Source: Eledone cirrhosa
Taxonomy: Eukaryota
Assembly (NCBI GenBank): GCA_964016885.1
Contig: OZ024746.1
Coordinates: 39,370,001-39,434,000, forward strand
DNA: 64,000 nt
Reading direction: 5' to 3'
The notes under the pieces are model-generated. The model was not told the DNA's origin. It did not search any database and saw nothing but the letters and a program-made list of their open reading frames with translations. Positions 58,148 through 64,000 of this stretch are shown piece by piece. Position numbers and translations under genes: made by a program. Each line of letters starts with the position of its first letter. Position 1 is the stretch's first letter.

Positions 58148-58357
58148 TAACAGATTGAGGTTTAAGCAAAGAATCGCTGCTTTCACCCTTAACAGGAACT
58201 TCTGAAGATCCCGTTAAGAGTGAAAGCAGCGATTCTTTGCTTAAACTTTAATCTGTTATTTTAATAAATATTTGCTCTACGGTTCTTATATATTTGATAT
58301 ATATTTATCCTTATCGAGCCCTCTTCGGATTTTAGTCTTCAAATTTATTATTATTAC
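58141..58357. mobile_element. Fold-back pLTR-like insertion in (TA)n
   Basis: Inverted repeat 58141-58265 with a longer right arm. The centre contains CUGAAGA...GAAA, a degenerate hammerhead-like core. Confidence 0.6.
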
Positions 58358-58376
58358 TATATATATATATATATAT

Positions 58377-58754
58377 AACGAAGGAGGTGTGGTAAGGAAC
58401 CAGATGGACCATAACGCACCAGAGTACTCAATACTTAGGGTAGTAGAGTGGGTAATAGGAAAAAGTTTAACCCCGACGGCAGAGCTCAAGCCATCGAAAC
58501 GGCTTGAGCTCTGCTGTCGGGGTTAAACCTTTTCATATATCTATATCTATATATATATATATATAGGAACCAGTAAGACCCCGACAGCTGAGCTCAAGCC
58601 GTTTCGACGGCTAATTCAGTCCAGAATTAGCCGTCGAAACGGCTTGAGCTCAGCTGTCGGGGTCTTACTGGTTCCTATTACCCACTCTACTACCTCAAGT
58701 ATTGAGTACTTTGGTGCGTTATGGTCCACCTGGTTCCTTACCACATTTCCTTCG

Positions 58755-58756
<2 letters not shown>
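58377..58756. mobile_element. Nested double fold-back pLTR-like insertion in (TA)n
   Basis: An outer inverted repeat encloses two inner hairpins, centred on ATCGAAAC and on GACGGCTAATTC-agtcca-GAATTAGCCGTC-GAAAC, with an internal (TA)n between them. Confidence 0.65.
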
Positions 58757-58846
<90 letters not shown>

Positions 58847-59490
58847 GGGAGTGGCTGGGTGTGTATGTGTGTGTGTATATCTGTGTGTGAGTATATGTGC
58901 GCATTCGCTTCATTTTATTACCCACCCACCCACAAACACACCCCAGACCTCCACCACCACCACCACAACCATTAAAACACCTCTGTCATCCTAGCAGTAA
59001 TGTCGTCAGTCTTCAAATTAGAAAGGACTAGGTTTTAACTACGTCCCGCAGTCTATCACTCGTTAACAAGTGAGAAAGTACAACGATACCTTTATTTTGT
59101 GCAAGCCTGCAAGCAGTTTATATTTAATAACCCACGCTATAAATGTTCAGAATATATGTAGAATTCTCTGCGATGTAATTATCAGTCAGCTGTTCATGAA
59201 AAAAAAAAAAAAAATAGCGAAAAAAAAAAGAAGAAAAAACTATCTAAACAAACACGAACACAACCGTCTCACTGTTTTATGTGTGGTTAAAAATAAAAAT
59301 GTTACTGTGCAGTCGCTAATGTCCATTTCTCATCGACATCGCTGTTCTCTTTGAAGCTTCGCAATCTTACTCAAAGCGTTAGCGTTTATCTTTCTTTACA
59401 GGAGGTTGGATTAAAAATATGTATAATTGTCTCATCTTGCTCCAAAGATCTCTGCTCAAAATATTAGAATATTAGAATAGCAAATATACA

Positions 59491-59558
<68 letters not shown>

Positions 59559-59600
59559 GATACTAATAAATGGAAACTATATTTATAAAACCATATTTAT

Positions 59601-59659
59601 TTCATTATACATATTTCAGGGATACCACATTAAATTATGGTATGCCTTCATCAGACAAA
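59601..59659 (-). ncRNA. Minimal type I hammerhead in left arm of fold-back pLTR 59558-59874
   Basis: Reverse complement reads UUUGU-CUGAUGA-AGGcAUACCA-loop-UGGUAUcCCU-GAAA-UAUGUA-UA-AUGAA. Stem I is weak (G-U rich). Confidence 0.7.
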
Positions 59660-59871
59660 ATACAATATATAACAGTTTTACAAATATCTTTGACGTACCC
59701 TTTTAATTTAATGTGGTATCCCTGAAATATGTATAATGAAATAAATATGGTTTTATAAATATAGTTTCCATTTATTAGTATCGTATATCTACTCCAAAAA
59801 CTTGTCGAGTGCTTTATATCAGTTATAAAAATATTTACTTGTTGTATCCCAACAACTTTAAATAGAACTTT

Positions 59872-59942
<71 letters not shown>

Positions 59943-59948
<6 letters not shown>

Positions 59949-60192
59949 ATAAATGTAAGCTATCGCCGTATTTTGACTAAAGAAATTAAAGAAATTATTT
60001 AGCCTGGTAGTGGTGTTAAGAACCCTCGGAGAAATGGAAAAAGATGAGTATTGACGTCAATACTCATCTTTTTCCATTTATCCGAGGGTTCTTAACCCCA
60101 CTACCAGGCTAAATAATTTCTTTAGTCAAAATACGGCGATAGCTTACATTTATAATAATTTCAAACCCGCTCGCTGTTTCGAAAAATATTCT

Positions 60193-60196
<4 letters not shown>
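59943..60196. mobile_element. Fold-back pLTR-like palindrome in (TA)n
   Basis: Near-perfect spacerless palindrome 59943-60159 centred on GACGTC (60053-58); the right side extends further. Confidence 0.65.
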
Positions 60197-60235
<39 letters not shown>

Positions 60236-60239
<4 letters not shown>

Positions 60240-60639
60240 CGAAACATAAGTCAATTGCATGAACTCATCATCCTTTATTTACTGCTATATATATTTCGAT
60301 GATAGCGATTGAATGGCTATCACCTCATCAGGCAGTTAGTCAGTTCTTAGATATGCCAGCTCTGTGTTTATAGTGTTAATGGTATCATATGAGCTTGTTA
60401 GGAATAATTTAATGTTGTCAGCAGGAATAGTCTTAATACTCATTGGTCAGTTTGTAGATGCTAGTAGGGTTGGTATTTGACCTCAAAGAGGCAGGTGGTG
60501 TTGTAAAGTTCAAACCGTCAGGCAAGATGACAATAGTTCCATATGACTGATTTTCACAAAAAGCATTCCTGGTCAGATATATATTCAATTAAGGTTAATA
60601 GTATGAAATAGATACTACAGGTCATTCTTAAATTGAGGA

Positions 60640-60645
<6 letters not shown>
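60236..60645 (-). mobile_element. 3' end of a PLE (degenerate endonuclease C-terminus + hammerhead pLTR) between (TA)n tracts
   Basis: The minus strand reads ...YGTIVILPDGLNF, resembling the T..PxGLN C-terminal motif of GIY-YIG PLE endonucleases, ~180 bp upstream of the hammerhead. Confidence 0.6.
60281..60336 (-). ncRNA. Minimal type I hammerhead, fully paired
   Basis: Reverse complement reads ACUGC-CUGAUGA-GGUGAUAGC-cauucaauc-GCUAUCAUC-GAAA-UAUAUA-UA-GCAGU. Confidence 0.88.
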
Positions 60646-60714
<69 letters not shown>

Positions 60715-60717
<3 letters not shown>

Positions 60718-62428
60718 CTACAATTTGATATAGATAATTATTATTCTTCTATATCACCTATACTCCTGAACAAAGCCTTGATATTTGCTAAAAATAGTTC
60801 TAACTTAACTTTGGTTGACATTAATATTATTACACATGCCAGACTAACACTATTGGAATTTCAAAATGAATACTGGACCAGAAACACATATAGTAATCTA
60901 TTCGATATTACTATGGGCTCAAGTGATTCTGCCCAAATTACTGATCTTGTGGGCCCCTTTCTTCTTTTCAACATAAATGCTTCCTTTCCCCACCTTAAAG
61001 GTGGTTTATATAGTGACGACTGTCTTCTTCTTTCCAATAGCCTTAGCCTTTCAGAGATAGAAAAAAATAAAAAGCTTATTAGAACTTTCCTTAAAGACTA
61101 TTATAGTCTAGATATTACATTTGAAAACACAATTAAAGTAGTTAATTTCCTTGATATAACATTAGACTTATCTACGGGTATCTACCAACCTTACCATAAA
61201 CCTAAACAAAATATTCACTACATACACTCACAATCTAATCACCCTAAATCTATCCTTAAAAACCTTGCATATAATATATCACTTAGAATTTCTAACCTTT
61301 CGTCTAACCAGGATGTATTTGATAAAAATGCGACCTTTTATAACGAAGCTCTAGCTAGAAGTGGCCACAAAAATAAATTAGTATATATACTTTGTACCAA
61401 TAACACTACAAACACACAACCTAATATTACCAACAAACACCAAATGAAATATACACCCCTAAATGCCACTCACACTATACCCCAAAATACCAACATAAAA
61501 CCAAATTTCTCTAACTCTTCTAATATACAATATAGTAACTCTCAAAAAACCACTCATCCTACAACTCTAATAAATAGTGATAATAAAACTCCTAATAAAC
61601 AAGCTAAAACACCTAAATCAATAAATCTAACTAAAAATGTGTGTGGTGAAGTCATTAACAATAATTCTCTTAATAAACATCAAGATACATCCTATAAAAA
61701 CAATAAACAACATCGAAACCGTAATAGACGAGTTACTTGGTATAATGCTCCATTTAATTTACAAATTAAGGATAATATACCTAAAAAATTCTTTAATATC
61801 CTAGAGTAGAACTTCCCGCCAAACCACAAATACCATCAAATTTTAAATAGATCAACGGTTAAATTCTCCTACTCAACAACCAAAAACATAAAACAAAATA
61901 TAAGTGCCTACAATGCATATAAATGTAAAAAAAACCATGAGTATACCACCAGTACATCAAACTAACCATAATATCTCCTCGGATACAGGATTCACGAAAA
62001 GTTGTAACTGTAGAAACAAGGCAAACTGCCCATTAAAAGGAAATTGCCTTGTTAATAACATAGTATATAAATGTAAAGTTAACACTAAACACTCAATTTA
62101 TTCATATATAGGAGCTACCTCTAACACATTTAAGGTAAGATTTAATACCCACAAACATAGCTTTAAAAATACCGCACTAGCTAATACAACATCTCTAGCT
62201 GAAATAATTAATAATTATAGAAAGAGGAATATAGATTATGACCTGACCTGGAGTGTGCCCAAAAGGGCCACCCCTTATCAAAATAATAGATATGAATGTA
62301 GATTATGTTCCCAAGAACTTTTTGAAATAATGAAATCTAAGGATATCCTATTAAATAAGCGACAGGAATTAATAATATCGTGTAATCACAAACTGAGAAA
62401 AACCTTTAAATATTATAAACCTAATTAA
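60715..62428 (+). pseudogene. Penelope-like element RT + GIY-YIG, 5'-truncated at RT motif A
   Basis: In frame from the (TA)n edge: QFDIDNYYSSI...ITMGSSDSAQITDLVG...GGLYSDD...NFLDITL...SNHP. TAG at 61807-61809 plus a frameshift, then CNCRNKANCPLKGNCL, NIVYKC...YIGAT..FKVRFNTH, CRLC..E. Confidence 0.93.
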
Positions 62429-62658
62429 TATACATCTTAGAAATTAATATATAAACTGTTTTTAATTTAGTTAACCTATAATTAATATTCTACTACTGAT
62501 GAACTACATAATTTTACTTTCCTTCTTACAACTATCATTTCCTAAAACTGATACCATTAAGTAAACATATATAATGCTTTAATTTCAGGCAGGTTATGAC
62601 TCTATGTTCCTTGAAATCTCTACATATTTATTATAAATTTAACCCCCCCCCCAATAAT

Positions 62659-62690
<32 letters not shown>

Positions 62691-62784
62691 TGTATGTATG
62701 TATGTATGTATGTATGTATGTATGTATGTATGTATGTATGTATGTATGTATGTATGTGTGTATATATATATGTGTATGTATGTG

Positions 62785-62821
<37 letters not shown>

Positions 62822-62836
62822 ATGTGTGTGTATGTG

Positions 62837-62909
<73 letters not shown>

Positions 62910-63159
62910 TTTATATTCTTTTAATTTCCCCTCATCTTTAACAGCACTCTTCAACTACATCTAACTCTTATTTATCATATCTATATGCATTAGTATAATT
63001 TTATCAATATAAATATACCCATCACTTAAATTAATTTATATTCTTTTCATGGATGTATTTTTTTCACTAACACTCTTATCGTAAAATTTTAGTCTCCTTA
63101 GATATTTGCATTGGCATTACTATTTTATAACAGCAACTGTTCGTATACCTTTTACTGAC

Positions 63160-63622
63160 CTGACCTATTTTCACCCCTAAAATAACCTTCTCATTCTTCA
63201 CACTCCATTCAAAACTGAAATCTACCTTCATCTACCCCTAAAATAAACTTCAATTACTACTATTTTACCATTTGGCCAATTATTAACTCTCTATTGGTTA
63301 ATTCTAAACCTGTTACCAAACAGACAGACTATATCAAATCTTTGTTGATTTTATTCAATGAACAAATATAATTATTTCTGAGGTCAGCATACGACCTATT
63401 TTCATCCCTAAAATAATCTTTCATTCATAATATTCTTTTCCATCTAAAACTGAAATCTACCTTCCTCTACCCATAAATTAAGGTTCTTTTACTACTAGAT
63501 TACTATCTTGACCTTCACTATCTTTCTATTGGTCAATTCAAAACCTGTTCACAAACAGACCTATTGTATTAAATCTTTGTTTTTTCAATAAACAAATATC
63601 ATTATTTCTGAAGACGGCATAT
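63160..63622. repeat. Diverged tandem duplication (~235 bp x2) downstream of the PLE ORF
   Basis: GACCTATTTTCA..CCTAAAATAA at ~63162 and ~63393, with colinear downstream sequence. Confidence 0.75.
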
Positions 63623-63928
63623 ATATGTGTAGGTATGTATATTCCCTCTGATAGTTTGTATAAATATTTTACATAGATCTATAGAATATGCATACCAACA
63701 CTAACACATATATATCCTAGAAACGATCGTAAAATGATGAATTTTTTTAATATAAGGAACTGTTTCTTTGTTTATTCATTACTTTATTAATTTATCTTGA
63801 CTCTGTTTTCCGTTAATTTTCACCGAAAATAGTTTTTGAATGCATCTTCTCTTTTCATGATATCCGGATTACATTGAGTTCTTCATACGGATTGGACACT
63901 ACCGTAAATTTTTGGTAGATTTATCTAC

Positions 63929-64000
<72 letters not shown>

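Noticed and set aside
63585-63625. CTGAAGACGGC as the start of a hammerhead in the 235-bp duplication
   Set aside because: No downstream stem II/GAAA, and the other copy reads CTGAGGTC.

Overview
AT-rich, microsatellite-dense animal genomic DNA. The SINE types and repeat content suggest an octopod cephalopod such as Octopus (inference). The only host gene I can support is the first coding exon of alpha-actinin on the minus strand (14806-14904); its first intron appears to fill the left part of the window. The rest is intergenic DNA full of SINEs, LINE remnants (RTE, R4-like, CRE-like, CR1/I-like), piggyBac-type MITEs, Helitrons and Penelope-like elements (PLEs). The most notable feature is a ~7.1 kb array (32135-39228) of ~23 almost identical 310-bp non-coding units. 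Each unit carries a complete type I hammerhead ribozyme. The array is split into two divergent inverted arms and is bounded by (TA)n on both sides. This matches a non-autonomous 'retrozyme' (a ribozyme-containing circular RNA probably mobilised by PLEs). At least five more hammerheads with intact cores, from other families, occur in the window. So do several (TA)n-embedded fold-back insertions whose inversion points fall in or beside hammerhead-like helices, and PLE RT/GIY-YIG ORF remnants. All calls were made by eye, with no folding or database searches.
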